Assembly (NCBI GenBank): GCA_964480915.1
Contig: CAYZRS010000059.1
Span: forward strand, 864-17,960
Source of the DNA: an uncultured Pirellulaceae bacterium
Lineage (GTDB): Bacteria; Planctomycetota; Planctomycetia; Pirellulales; Pirellulaceae
Direction of reading: 5' to 3'
Length of the DNA stretch: 17,097 nt
A program made the position numbers and the translations under genes. The stretch's first letter is position 1; every line of letters begins with the position of its first letter. The notes under the pieces were generated by a model, which ran no database searches, was not told the DNA's origin, and saw only the letters and a program-made list of their open reading frames with translations. Shown piece by piece: positions 7,291-16,127 of the stretch.

Positions 7291-8657
7291 TCGGTGACTC
7301 CTCGGTGGAAGTCAACATGCGACTGAAGTCGTTCGTTGGCTGTTTCGAGCAACTCAATGGCCGGTCGTTCATTGGTGGGGTCCATGGCCTGTTCAGCGAT
7401 CGCGCGCACCTCGCGATCAAAGCGAGCGGCTCCGGGAACATTGGGGCGGGGCACTTGAAGTTCACTGCCGGCCAATTCGATGAACGTGGCAAATAGAGGT
7501 GCACTGGCCAAATACTCTTGAAACGCAGGTTGGTCGACCACGAATTGGGAAACGGGAATCCAACCGCCCGTTTCGCAAGTTGCCGCGGCCTCGGCCTCGT
7601 GCCCATCAAAACCGGCCCAGAATTTCATGAACTGCCACGCACCGTGACTCTGATCTGCTCCGGCTGGCAGCACAAAGTAGTTTCCATTGATCCAACCGGC
7701 GTTGGCGACTTGTCCGGCCGCCGCAGGAAGCGGCGTCACGCCGAACTCCGTGGGGGGATCGCCGGCGGCGACTTGAGCTGCGCGAAAACGACGAATATCG
7801 CGTGCCCTCCATTGCCCGTCGACGACCAGCGCATAGCGACCGCTAAGAAGTGGGAACGTCTTTCCTGGCAACGATTGATCGCGAGCCCGTAAGCTGGCCG
7901 CCAATTTCCCGTATCGCTTTCCGTAGCTGGCCATCCACTCGACCGCCTCGGCAATTTCCGGAGCAGCGAGCGTGACTTGCTGACTCGTTTCGTCGTAGAA
8001 CCGGCCACCGAAGACAATGCCCCAGCCCCAAAGATTCTTCGCGGCTGGGAGAAATCCGATGTCGACCGGTGAATCGGGCTGTCCAGACACGGTCGCCGCA
8101 ATCCGATCCAACTGATCCATGGTTTGGGGTGGCTCGAACTGTAATTCGTCGAGCAACGATTTGTTGTAATAGAGCGCTCGCACATCGAGCCCGTTGCACA
8201 ACCCAAACGCCTGTCCTTGGTACTGAGTTAACTTCGCAGCAGCGGGAAACAGCCACCGGTCAAGCCGCTCCAATTCGCTCGCCGAGGCAACTTCGGTCAG
8301 AGGCAAGATCGCTTGGCGTTCGGCCCAATCGGCCAGGACCGGATCGTCGATATTGACGACATCGGGAGGATTGCCTCCTGCTAATGACAAGAACAACTTG
8401 AGGTCCAGGTTGTTGCCCGGCATCGCCACCGCGCGGACAACGTAGTCCGTCTGACTCGCATTGAAACGGCGCACAACCTCTTCAACGACGTTAAGTTCGG
8501 CTCCGCCCCAAAAATGCCAGAACACGACCTCCGCTCGATTCGCTGGGGCAGGAGCGGCCGCCGCGAACTGCAGGCGGCGGCTGGAAACGACGGCCGGAAC
8601 CAAGAGGCAACTTAGCAACAGCACGACCAAGATCCCATTCAGCGCGTGTTTCATCAT
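7287..8657 (-). CDS. ABC transporter substrate-binding protein (family-1 extracellular solute-binding, sugar type), with a signal peptide and a possible lipobox
   Basis: ATG at 8657. The N-terminus MMKHALNGILVVLLLSCLLVPAVV has a hydrophobic core followed by LLSC (lipobox-like). A sugar-SBP-like core follows (VVFWHFWGG...NPPDVVNID...). ATGA overlaps sit at both ends of the gene. Confidence 0.75.
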   Translation of the reverse strand: MMKHALNGILVVLLLSCLLVPAVVSSRRLQFAAAAPAPANRAEVVFWHFWGGAELNVVEEVVRRFNASQTDYVVRAVAMPGNNLDLKLFLSLAGGNPPDVVNIDDPVLADWAERQAILPLTEVASASELERLDRWLFPAAAKLTQYQGQAFGLCNGLDVRALYYNKSLLDELQFEPPQTMDQLDRIAATVSGQPDSPVDIGFLPAAKNLWGWGIVFGGRFYDETSQQVTLAAPEIAEAVEWMASYGKRYGKLAASLRARDQSLPGKTFPLLSGRYALVVDGQWRARDIRRFRAAQVAAGDPPTEFGVTPLPAAAGQVANAGWINGNYFVLPAGADQSHGAWQFMKFWAGFDGHEAEAAATCETGGWIPVSQFVVDQPAFQEYLASAPLFATFIELAGSELQVPRPNVPGAARFDREVRAIAEQAMDPTNERPAIELLETANERLQSHVDFHRGVTE

Positions 8658-9613
8658 GAGGGATCGCTCGCATAGTGGACCCAGCCGCGTGAGCTGCGAA
8701 ACAGCAATCCGGTGGCGATCACCAACAAGGCGAAGACCATCCAGGCCATCGCCGACGCGTAACCCATATCCAGATCTTGGAAGGCGGATAAGAAAAGGTG
8801 CAACGACAACACCAACGTCGATTGCTGCGGAGCGCCCGTCCCTTCGCTGACAATGTACATCTGCGTGAAGGCTTGGACCGATTGTATGAGCCCCATCACC
8901 AGGTTGAAAAGAATCACTGGGGTCAGCAACGGCAGCGTCACGTGGCGGAAGCGGCTCCAGCGGGAAGCGCCATCGATGGCGGCCGCTTCATGCATTTCAT
9001 CGGGCACATCGGCAATCGCCGCCAAGTAGATCAACATGAAATTCCCGACCGACCACAAAGACATCAAGATCAGCGCATCTTTTGATCCGAACGCTGCCGT
9101 CCCATGAAGCCACCCCAGCGGCCAAGCTGCCTCACCCGGTTCGTTGAACCACAGCGGACCAGGCAAGCCCATCGATTGGAGCACATGGTTCACCATGCCG
9201 CGACGTGAGTCCAACAACCAGACCCAGAGGATCGACGAGGCAACGACCGGAATAATACTTGGTAAGAAACAAAGCGTGCGATAGACCGCCTGCCCCCTGA
9301 CTTTCCAAGACAAGATCGTGGCCAGCCCAATCCCAAGCAGGATAGAAAGCGGCACGTGAATCAGTGCAAAGTAACCGGTGTTCCAGAGCGCCCTGCCAAA
9401 ACCTTGTCCCGTCGCCAATTCGTGTCCAAGCCGTTGGTAATGCTGCAGTCCCACGAATTCCGGTGCTGACAACAAGTCATATCGACAGAAGCTCCACCAC
9501 AACGAACAAACAAAGGGAACGAAAACCAAGAACAAGAATCCAACCAGCCAGGGACTCATGAAGAGCAGCCCCGTAATCCATTGCCGATGACGCCGATTCC
9601 TGGTCAATTTCAT
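8654..9613 (-). CDS. Carbohydrate ABC transporter permease (MalF-like inner-membrane component)
   Basis: ATG at 9613 (MKLTRNRRHRQWITGLLFMSPWLVGFLF...) is preferred. The ORF-track start at 9649 is a TTG. The EAA loop reads EAAAIDGASRWSRFRHVTLPLLTPV. The stop overlaps the substrate-binding-protein start (ATGA at 8654-8657). Confidence 0.85.
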   Translation of the reverse strand: MKLTRNRRHRQWITGLLFMSPWLVGFLFLVFVPFVCSLWWSFCRYDLLSAPEFVGLQHYQRLGHELATGQGFGRALWNTGYFALIHVPLSILLGIGLATILSWKVRGQAVYRTLCFLPSIIPVVASSILWVWLLDSRRGMVNHVLQSMGLPGPLWFNEPGEAAWPLGWLHGTAAFGSKDALILMSLWSVGNFMLIYLAAIADVPDEMHEAAAIDGASRWSRFRHVTLPLLTPVILFNLVMGLIQSVQAFTQMYIVSEGTGAPQQSTLVLSLHLFLSAFQDLDMGYASAMAWMVFALLVIATGLLFRSSRGWVHYASDPS

Positions 9614-9947
9614 AAGTGACGACGATGCCGAAAGAGGAACGCAAACCAAGGACGAGTTACATCACAACGCGAATTTTCTGCTGATTCTGACGGGTACTAT
9701 ACTCGTTCCAGTTCTCGTTGGCACGAGTTCTGACAAATACGTGCCCGCCCGGCCTCCGACCACCATAACCATGCATTGACCGAGTTGCAGCGAATGAAGA
9801 AGCACCAAATTCGATGCGATATTGGCTACCGGAGATGGAATCCAGGCTCGCGAGATGTTAGATTGTCGTATCAGGGCGACACCATCGCCGCTGTGTCATC
9901 AAACGTGTTGGCGTTAGTTCGATGTGTCCGTGGCGGAAAGAACGAAT

Positions 9948-10517
9948 ATGAATATTGTCAAAGCGCTCGTCGGTGGATTGGTGGGTGGAGGACTCGGCGC
10001 AGTCGCTTCGAACTACGCTCAACCACTGTTCAAGGAACCCAATCCTTGGACACTCATTTTGGCAGGACTATTCGCCGGACTGGGCGTGCGGGTGCTATGC
10101 GGTAGGAACCGCGACTTCCTCACTGGCGTCCTGGCAACGGTGGCCGCCATCCTGGCCATTGGTGGCGCATCCTATTGGGTTTCGTTGTCCACGATTCGAG
10201 CCATGGAAACGGCCAATGCCGCCATCGACTCGCAAACACCCAGCATGGCCGAACTACTGGCCAAAGACGACTCGGAAGAAGAGACCGACGAAGAAGCTTC
10301 CGACGACGTCGCCGCACCGATCGTCGATGAGGCCCCTGTGGACATGGATGAACTGGGACCGGAACCGGAAGTCGACATGAACAAAAGCCTGTATTCGAAA
10401 GAAGCGATCGCCAATGTCTTGGCGGCCCTACTGGCATTCGTCCTGGGGACCGGATCACCGGCAACGGTGGGCGATGAATCTCAAGATGCCACCGGTGATG
10501 TTGACGAACACGCTTAG
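9948..10517 (+). CDS. Hypothetical small membrane protein with a glycine-zipper N-terminus and an acidic low-complexity region
   Basis: ATG at 9948 with GGAAAG about 10 nt upstream (GTG at 9924 is an alternative start). The N-terminus MNIVKALVGGLVGGGLGAV is followed by 3-4 hydrophobic helices, then DDSEEETDEEASDD...EPEVD and a final hydrophobic helix. No recognisable catalytic motif. Confidence 0.5.
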   Translation: MNIVKALVGGLVGGGLGAVASNYAQPLFKEPNPWTLILAGLFAGLGVRVLCGRNRDFLTGVLATVAAILAIGGASYWVSLSTIRAMETANAAIDSQTPSMAELLAKDDSEEETDEEASDDVAAPIVDEAPVDMDELGPEPEVDMNKSLYSKEAIANVLAALLAFVLGTGSPATVGDESQDATGDVDEHA

Positions 10518-10563
10518 CCGCGCGTAACCACCTTACTGAAGTAAATGCAGGCCGAGCAGGCTG

Positions 10564-11808
10564 CTAGGCAAGTCCTGGCAACTCCAGGATGCCGTCGACG
10601 GTCTGGCAAGAGTGGACAGCAAAGCGGTCTGCCAGTTCGGGGAATTTTTTCGGATAGTCTCGGTTCACAGCCGCTTGCAAATCTTGCACCGCGTCCGCCA
10701 AGACAATGGCACCCGATGCGCCTTTGTCACCGCCGCCCAACATGCGCTCTCCCAAGACCCCATCAACGGATCGCGCGATTTCGCACATTGCCTCCAACTC
10801 CGGTCCAGAGATCACGTAATCGTCCCGCAGCCCCAACCCATCCGCCCGGAAAACCTCGCCCACGCGTTGAATGTCACCATTTTTCCAAGCGGTCAACATA
10901 TCGCCAAACCGCTGCTGCGATTCGTAGATGTACTTCAACCGCCCACATAAGTGCGGATGCGAAGTTTCAAAATGACGAACCAAGGCAGCGTATAGATCCG
11001 GCTCGCGCACATCGGCCAAACAACGAATGCCGAACGGTTTGCTGGCCAATGCGACCAGTTGCTCACATTCGTCACGCCGGAGTTTGTATGTCGACTTTTC
11101 AAGGCCCGGACGATCGGTACCTGTATCCAGGCTAACGATACGAAAATCAACCGCCGACTCACCCAAGGGGACATGCTTGATGGAACCCGTGTCGGGGCGA
11201 TAGTGAGTCCCCATACCGGCCTTCGCAAAGTAGATCATGATCTGATCCAGGTTTCCACACGGCGAGCCGATATAGTCGTTCTCAACGGCCTGCGCCAATT
11301 CGACAACTCGCATTCCTTCGAGCCCTGTGATTCCGTTCACTTCGAGCATGGTCAAAATGAGATTGATCGCCAGCGACGCCGACCGAGACATACCGCCACC
11401 GGGAATGTTGCCAAACAAAACAGCGTCCATCCCGGTTGCCAGTTCGTAACCCTCACGCCGCAAAATACGATTTACACCAAAAGGAAATCGGGCCCAAGAA
11501 TCGGCAGCCAGATCAGGTTCGCCTCCTACCGCAAAATCGACCAAGCCATCGTTGGGAAAATTGGCGCTAGAAAGTCGTAAGCGGCCCAGCGAGTTCGGCT
11601 TGTAAGCAAGCCAGATGAATCGATCCGTGCCCACACCAAACAGCTCGGTGCCGTTATAGTCACCATGCTCGACCCCCAAACAAAAACGGGACGATGTGCG
11701 GCGGATTTTCCCTCCCTGGACGGCGAGCTGATATTTCGCAGCATGCCGTTGCAGTGTCGCAGACACTTCGGCAGGTAGCGTATCGTATTTCGTCTTCATG
11801 GAACTCAT
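10564..11808 (-). CDS. galK: Galactokinase-family GHMP sugar kinase
   Basis: It is co-linear with E. coli GalK. The galactokinase signature reads RFCLGVEHGDYNGTELFGV (compare GRVNLIGEHTDYNDGFVLP). GHMP motif 2 reads FGNIPGGGMSRSASLAINL. Further matches include ENDYIGSPCGNLDQ (compare ENQFVGCNCGIMDQ), YKLRRDECEQ (compare EYNTRREQCE), and C-terminal motif 3 ERMLGGGDKGASGAIV. Start is ATG 11808 (or 11799); the ORF-track start at 11826 is GTG. Confidence 0.8.
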   Translation of the reverse strand: MSSMKTKYDTLPAEVSATLQRHAAKYQLAVQGGKIRRTSSRFCLGVEHGDYNGTELFGVGTDRFIWLAYKPNSLGRLRLSSANFPNDGLVDFAVGGEPDLAADSWARFPFGVNRILRREGYELATGMDAVLFGNIPGGGMSRSASLAINLILTMLEVNGITGLEGMRVVELAQAVENDYIGSPCGNLDQIMIYFAKAGMGTHYRPDTGSIKHVPLGESAVDFRIVSLDTGTDRPGLEKSTYKLRRDECEQLVALASKPFGIRCLADVREPDLYAALVRHFETSHPHLCGRLKYIYESQQRFGDMLTAWKNGDIQRVGEVFRADGLGLRDDYVISGPELEAMCEIARSVDGVLGERMLGGGDKGASGAIVLADAVQDLQAAVNRDYPKKFPELADRFAVHSCQTVDGILELPGLA

Positions 11809-11955
11809 CACGAATCCATCGCACACTTGCTAGCCCCTTGGCGGGCCTACTTCGGCACCTTCGCCAGCGAAACCTTGCCAGCCATTCTCCAGTCACGACG
11901 CTCGGCAAAAACGGGTCGGTTGGGTTTGCACAATATACCAATTCTCGCCAACATC

Positions 11956-14178
11956 ATGGGCCCCGACCTCCAACCACAGATCGCCATGTCCGACGTCGTG
12001 ACCAAGAATGCCCAACGAGACTTCACCGTCGTCCGCGACGACGCTGGAGTCCCCAATATTCAAGCCACCACCTGGCTCGATGCGCTCTATGGCCTGGGCT
12101 ATATGCACGCAACCGATCGCGGCACGCAGTTGCTATTCTCTCGTACCGTCGCCAGTGGCCGAGCTGCTGAACTCATCGCCGACAAGGATGAGCTGCTAGA
12201 AACTGATCGGTTCTTTCGCCGTATCGGGCTCCATCTCAATTTGGACCGTGAAGTCGATCAGATGGATCGTCGCACTCACCAACAAGTGACAGTATATTGC
12301 GCCGGCGTTAACGATGGAATTCGTGCCAAACGTCGCTCGCTACCCATGTGGGCGACCGGATACCAACCGGAAAAATGGGATCCTCAAGCGGTTCTTCTTG
12401 TTGGCCGGTTACTCAGTTTTGGCGGCCTGGCCGTCAGCCAGATGCAGAACGAACGGCTGATTGTCGAGCTGATTAAGGCGGGAGCCAACGAAGCAGCGCT
12501 GGCCGAAATGTTTGAACCGCGACTCGATTCACTCGACTTCGACCTCATGCGCGAAGTCAACATTTCCAATCGATTGTCCGACCAAGCCTTGGAATTGATC
12601 GTCGACCTTCCTCGCTTGGCTGGAAGCAATGCCTGGGCCGTGAGCCCTGAAAGAAGCGCCACTGGACACGCACTGCTTGCTTCCGACCCTCACTTGGAAG
12701 TCAACCGCCTGCCAGCGATTTGGTATGAGGCGGTCTTGCGATGGGACTCCCAGTACGTCATGGGTGCCACGCTGCCAGGATTCCCACTCTTTTCCGTTGG
12801 CCGCAACCCCAAGCTCTCCTGGGGCGTCACGTACATGAAAGGTGACACGATTGACTACTTCGTCGAAGATTGCCGCTGTACCGAGGATGGTGCTTGGCAG
12901 TTTCGTCGCGAGGACCAATGGCAGAATTTCACCGTTCGAGAGGAAAGTCTCAAACGAAAAAACAACGAACCGGTACCGCTCCGAGTGTACGAAAACGAAA
13001 TCGGCACGCTCGATGCCGACGTTGATGAAACGGGGGAGGGCAAGTATCTCTCGATTGCCTGGGCTGGACGGCGAGTCGACGCGTCGACCGCGGTTTCGAC
13101 TTGGCTCGATCTGATCCAGGCAAACGACGTGACGACAGCCATGGATGTCGTCTCCGATTGCCCACAGCCGACGCTCTCCTTTGTATTCGCCGACGCCGAA
13201 GGACATATCGGCCAACAGGCCTGCGGTGCCATTCCCAAACGAAGCAACCCTAACGATGGCCTCGCACCATTACCCGCTTGGGACCCGAAAAATCATTGGC
13301 AAGGTTGGCTGCCGAAGGAACTATTGCCAAGCATTTACGACCCGCCAGAAGGGTTCGTGGCGACGGCGAATGAGGAATGCAACCCGGAAGGCGGACCACT
13401 TGTGGTCACGCAGACGGTTCACGACTATCGAGTGCGGCGCATTCAAGAGCAGCTCTCCCAAATGCCACAGGCAACGATTAAGGACATGCAGAAACTGCAG
13501 TACGACGTCGTGAGCAAACAGGCGGAAGATTTGCTCGCCATGGCCTTGCCCTTCATGCAGGAGGGACCACTGAAAGAGATTCTCTCGAACTGGAATTACA
13601 GCTACGCAGCCGATAGCAGCACGGCGCCCGTCTTCCAGGCCTTCTATCGTAATCTGATGTTTGAGCTCCTTGGAAACAAGAAAGGGCTCGGCTGGCGACG
13701 GATCCTGTATCTTTGCTCGCGAGCCGGGTTCTCCTCCATGATTCTGACGGCGGCCGACCGTCTACTGCAAAAACAAGATTCTTGGTGGTGGCATGGCCGC
13801 GACAAGGCAGAACTCATTCGCTCCGCAGCAGACGCCGTTGAATTGGGAACGATTCGCTACTGGTCGGAGATGAACAACTTTCATTTCGCGAACCGATTCT
13901 TGGGCGGGAACCGGGTGGGAAGACTTCTGGGCTACAACACGCGTCAACACGCGATGCCCGGAAATCACGCAACTCCATTTCAAGGTCACGTTTTTCAAAC
14001 CGCGACGCGCGAATCGACGTTCGCTCCGTCCTATCACTTCGTGACCGATATGGGCACAAACGAAGCTTGGACCAATTTGCCCGGCGGGCCGAGCGAGAGT
14101 CGCTTCTCGAAATACTATCGAAGCGACATCCCGCTTTGGCTCGACGGAGAGTACAAACGGCTTGGTGTGACGACTTAG
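11956..14178 (+). CDS. Penicillin-acylase-family Ntn-hydrolase (penicillin amidase / acyl-homoserine-lactone acylase-like) with no detectable signal peptide
   Basis: The alpha-subunit start reads VVRDDAGVPNIQATTWLDALYGLGYMHATDR, like that family. The beta-subunit N-terminal nucleophile context is LPRLAGSNAWAVSPERSATGHALLASDPH, matching the SN(A/S)WAV hallmark. Start is ATG 11956 or 11986; the ORF-track start at 11827 is TTG and its N-terminal extension has no signal-peptide character. Confidence 0.8.
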   Translation: MGPDLQPQIAMSDVVTKNAQRDFTVVRDDAGVPNIQATTWLDALYGLGYMHATDRGTQLLFSRTVASGRAAELIADKDELLETDRFFRRIGLHLNLDREVDQMDRRTHQQVTVYCAGVNDGIRAKRRSLPMWATGYQPEKWDPQAVLLVGRLLSFGGLAVSQMQNERLIVELIKAGANEAALAEMFEPRLDSLDFDLMREVNISNRLSDQALELIVDLPRLAGSNAWAVSPERSATGHALLASDPHLEVNRLPAIWYEAVLRWDSQYVMGATLPGFPLFSVGRNPKLSWGVTYMKGDTIDYFVEDCRCTEDGAWQFRREDQWQNFTVREESLKRKNNEPVPLRVYENEIGTLDADVDETGEGKYLSIAWAGRRVDASTAVSTWLDLIQANDVTTAMDVVSDCPQPTLSFVFADAEGHIGQQACGAIPKRSNPNDGLAPLPAWDPKNHWQGWLPKELLPSIYDPPEGFVATANEECNPEGGPLVVTQTVHDYRVRRIQEQLSQMPQATIKDMQKLQYDVVSKQAEDLLAMALPFMQEGPLKEILSNWNYSYAADSSTAPVFQAFYRNLMFELLGNKKGLGWRRILYLCSRAGFSSMILTAADRLLQKQDSWWWHGRDKAELIRSAADAVELGTIRYWSEMNNFHFANRFLGGNRVGRLLGYNTRQHAMPGNHATPFQGHVFQTATRESTFAPSYHFVTDMGTNEAWTNLPGGPSESRFSKYYRSDIPLWLDGEYKRLGVTT

Positions 14179-16127
14179 GTCGTTCCTCGTAACGGTGCAT
14201 TGGCATCGCCCGCATACCAACGAATCTTACGAGCAAACTTCCGCAACTGAGCATCCGAGATGCCGGTCAAGTCGTCGATACGATTGATCCCGTCGGTCGT
14301 ATCGATCTCCATCACGGTCGCACCATCAAGGATGACCGTAAAGGTCTTCAGTGGCGGTTGGCCATTGAAGACATCGGGAGACTTTTCAAACGTTGTCCAT
14401 TTGATCGTCAGGTTACGGTCGACTCGAACTTGACCATCACCGTAACCAATATCAAACTTCTCCGTCTTGCCATCTAAAGTGATGACGACGTGCGGATCGC
14501 CCCAGATGGTAACGGAGGTCCCTTCACTCGAGTGCAGTGTGGCGCTGTAAGCGTATTGATCCCACTCGCGATCGTCATGCTCATTGGCCGCGTCAAAGTT
14601 GTCCAGGTAGACATTCGTACGCTTGAAAGCGATCATTTCAACTTCACAGTCGACGGTTTCCGTTGACCCGAACACGATGCCGTTGGCTTCCGCTTTGTCA
14701 TTGCCGATACCGATGACCAAGTCATCGATCCCATCGCCATTCATGTCACCCGCCAAACGAACCGATCCTCCCGCCATTGTCTTGCGGCTCGAACCGTTGA
14801 AGATCATGCCACGAGAGCCGTCGCCGCCGTTCTCTTCAGCCAGATCGGCCGTCTTGAATTCGCCTTCGAAATCACGGCTACCAAAGATCAAGTAAGACTG
14901 CCCGGCATCGACCAGTCCATTGGCTTCGGCTCGATTCGCAGTGATCAGCAGATCATCGATTCCATCGCCATTGACATCCTGGCCTCCTTGGACGGTATCG
15001 CCAAGCAAATCGTGGGCGCGATTTCCTTGCACGATGAAGCCATGGGAACCGTCTCCACCAGCGTCTGGATGGAGTTTATACAGTTCCATTTCTGGCTCGA
15101 AGCTCTCGCCGCCAAAGACCACGTAGGTCATACCGACGTTTTTCATGCCGTACGTGTCCGCATGCTGGGCGACAATTGCAAAATCATCAATTCCATCCGC
15201 GTTGAGGTCACCAACCGACGTCACGTTGGCTCCCGAACGATCATGAGCAAAAGTTCCTTTCGCCACGAAACCGCGGCTGCCATCGCCGCCGTTCTCCGGT
15301 TTTAGCGCAGAGAGTTTGAATTCCGCATCGAAACCATCTTCCTGCCCGAAGACGACATAGGTCTCCCCAGAATTCCGAAAGCCGTTCGCGTCGGCATCAG
15401 GGGCACCAATCGCGAAGTCATCAATTCCGTCTCCGTTAATATCCCCCAGGCCCGTGACCTTCTTGCCTGACAGGTCATTGACCGCGGCGCCTTCAAAAAC
15501 GGTTCCCAACCTTCCATTTCCACCACCCGAATCGAACAGCTTCTTCACGTTGAACTTGTTCTTAACGCCGTTTTTCGATCCGTAGACAAGTAGCGACACG
15601 CCGGCTGCGCCGCGGTACTCGGGTACGCCGACCATACCGTCATCGAATCCGTCGCCGTTGACATCTCCGACGTTGATGATTTTCGTCTTGGCAGCACCAA
15701 GCCCCAAGCCGTGGAAGACGATTCCCGAGTAGGTATCAGAGTGCATCACGCCCGAGACGTTCATCGTCACCGAAGCGACGTCTGTGCCGCCCTTACCATC
15801 ACCCACGGTGTACTCGAAAACGTCGACCGCCTTTTCTCCATGAGGGAGATCTTCGAGCGCCGTGCCAGGATCGTAGGAATAGGTCCCATCGGAATTCAGT
15901 TGGACAAAGGCGCCGCTATCGAGCTCGATTTCTTTCCCAACCGCCGTCTCGTCGCCGTTCACCGCCACAATCGACAGCGAATCATTGTTGCCGTCGATGT
16001 CGGCAACCGGCGCCGGTATCATCAAAGACGTTGCCCGACACGGGCGCGATGGCCGGTGTCGAGAAGACATCGTCAACAGCCAATGGAGGCAACTCGAGCA
16101 CTTTGGATGAGTTGCTAAACCCGTCAT
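14175..16127 (-). CDS. C-terminal segment (frame B) of the same protein: VCBS/cadherin-like module, at least five FG-GAP calcium-binding repeats, and a C-terminal WGDPH (von Willebrand D-like) domain
   Basis: The module begins ...DIDGNNDSLSIVAVNGDETAVG...GTYSYDPG...VDVFEYTVGDGKGGTDVASVTMNV. The FG-GAP loops are GDVNGDGFDD, GDINGDGIDDFAIGAP, GDLNADGIDDFAIVA, QDVNGDGIDDLLITA and GDMNGDGIDDLVIGIG. The C-terminus contains WGDPHVVITLDGKTEKFD. The first roughly 36 aa from ATG 16127 overlap real frame-A coding sequence and are probably not translated as such; the true junction is near 16005-16017. The stop overlaps the acylase stop (TTAG at 14175-14178). Confidence 0.65.
   Translation of the reverse strand: MTGLATHPKCSSCLHWLLTMSSRHRPSRPCRATSLMIPAPVADIDGNNDSLSIVAVNGDETAVGKEIELDSGAFVQLNSDGTYSYDPGTALEDLPHGEKAVDVFEYTVGDGKGGTDVASVTMNVSGVMHSDTYSGIVFHGLGLGAAKTKIINVGDVNGDGFDDGMVGVPEYRGAAGVSLLVYGSKNGVKNKFNVKKLFDSGGGNGRLGTVFEGAAVNDLSGKKVTGLGDINGDGIDDFAIGAPDADANGFRNSGETYVVFGQEDGFDAEFKLSALKPENGGDGSRGFVAKGTFAHDRSGANVTSVGDLNADGIDDFAIVAQHADTYGMKNVGMTYVVFGGESFEPEMELYKLHPDAGGDGSHGFIVQGNRAHDLLGDTVQGGQDVNGDGIDDLLITANRAEANGLVDAGQSYLIFGSRDFEGEFKTADLAEENGGDGSRGMIFNGSSRKTMAGGSVRLAGDMNGDGIDDLVIGIGNDKAEANGIVFGSTETVDCEVEMIAFKRTNVYLDNFDAANEHDDREWDQYAYSATLHSSEGTSVTIWGDPHVVITLDGKTEKFDIGYGDGQVRVDRNLTIKWTTFEKSPDVFNGQPPLKTFTVILDGATVMEIDTTDGINRIDDLTGISDAQLRKFARKIRWYAGDANAPLRGTT

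Noticed and set aside
9660-9735. AGTTCT/TTCTGAC short direct repeats and a TATAGT-like hexamer (minus strand) in the leader of the sugar ABC operon as a promoter/operator
   Set aside because: The motifs are short, the spacing to any -35-like element is wrong (about 29 nt), and Planctomycete promoter consensus is poorly defined. Not supportable from sequence alone.
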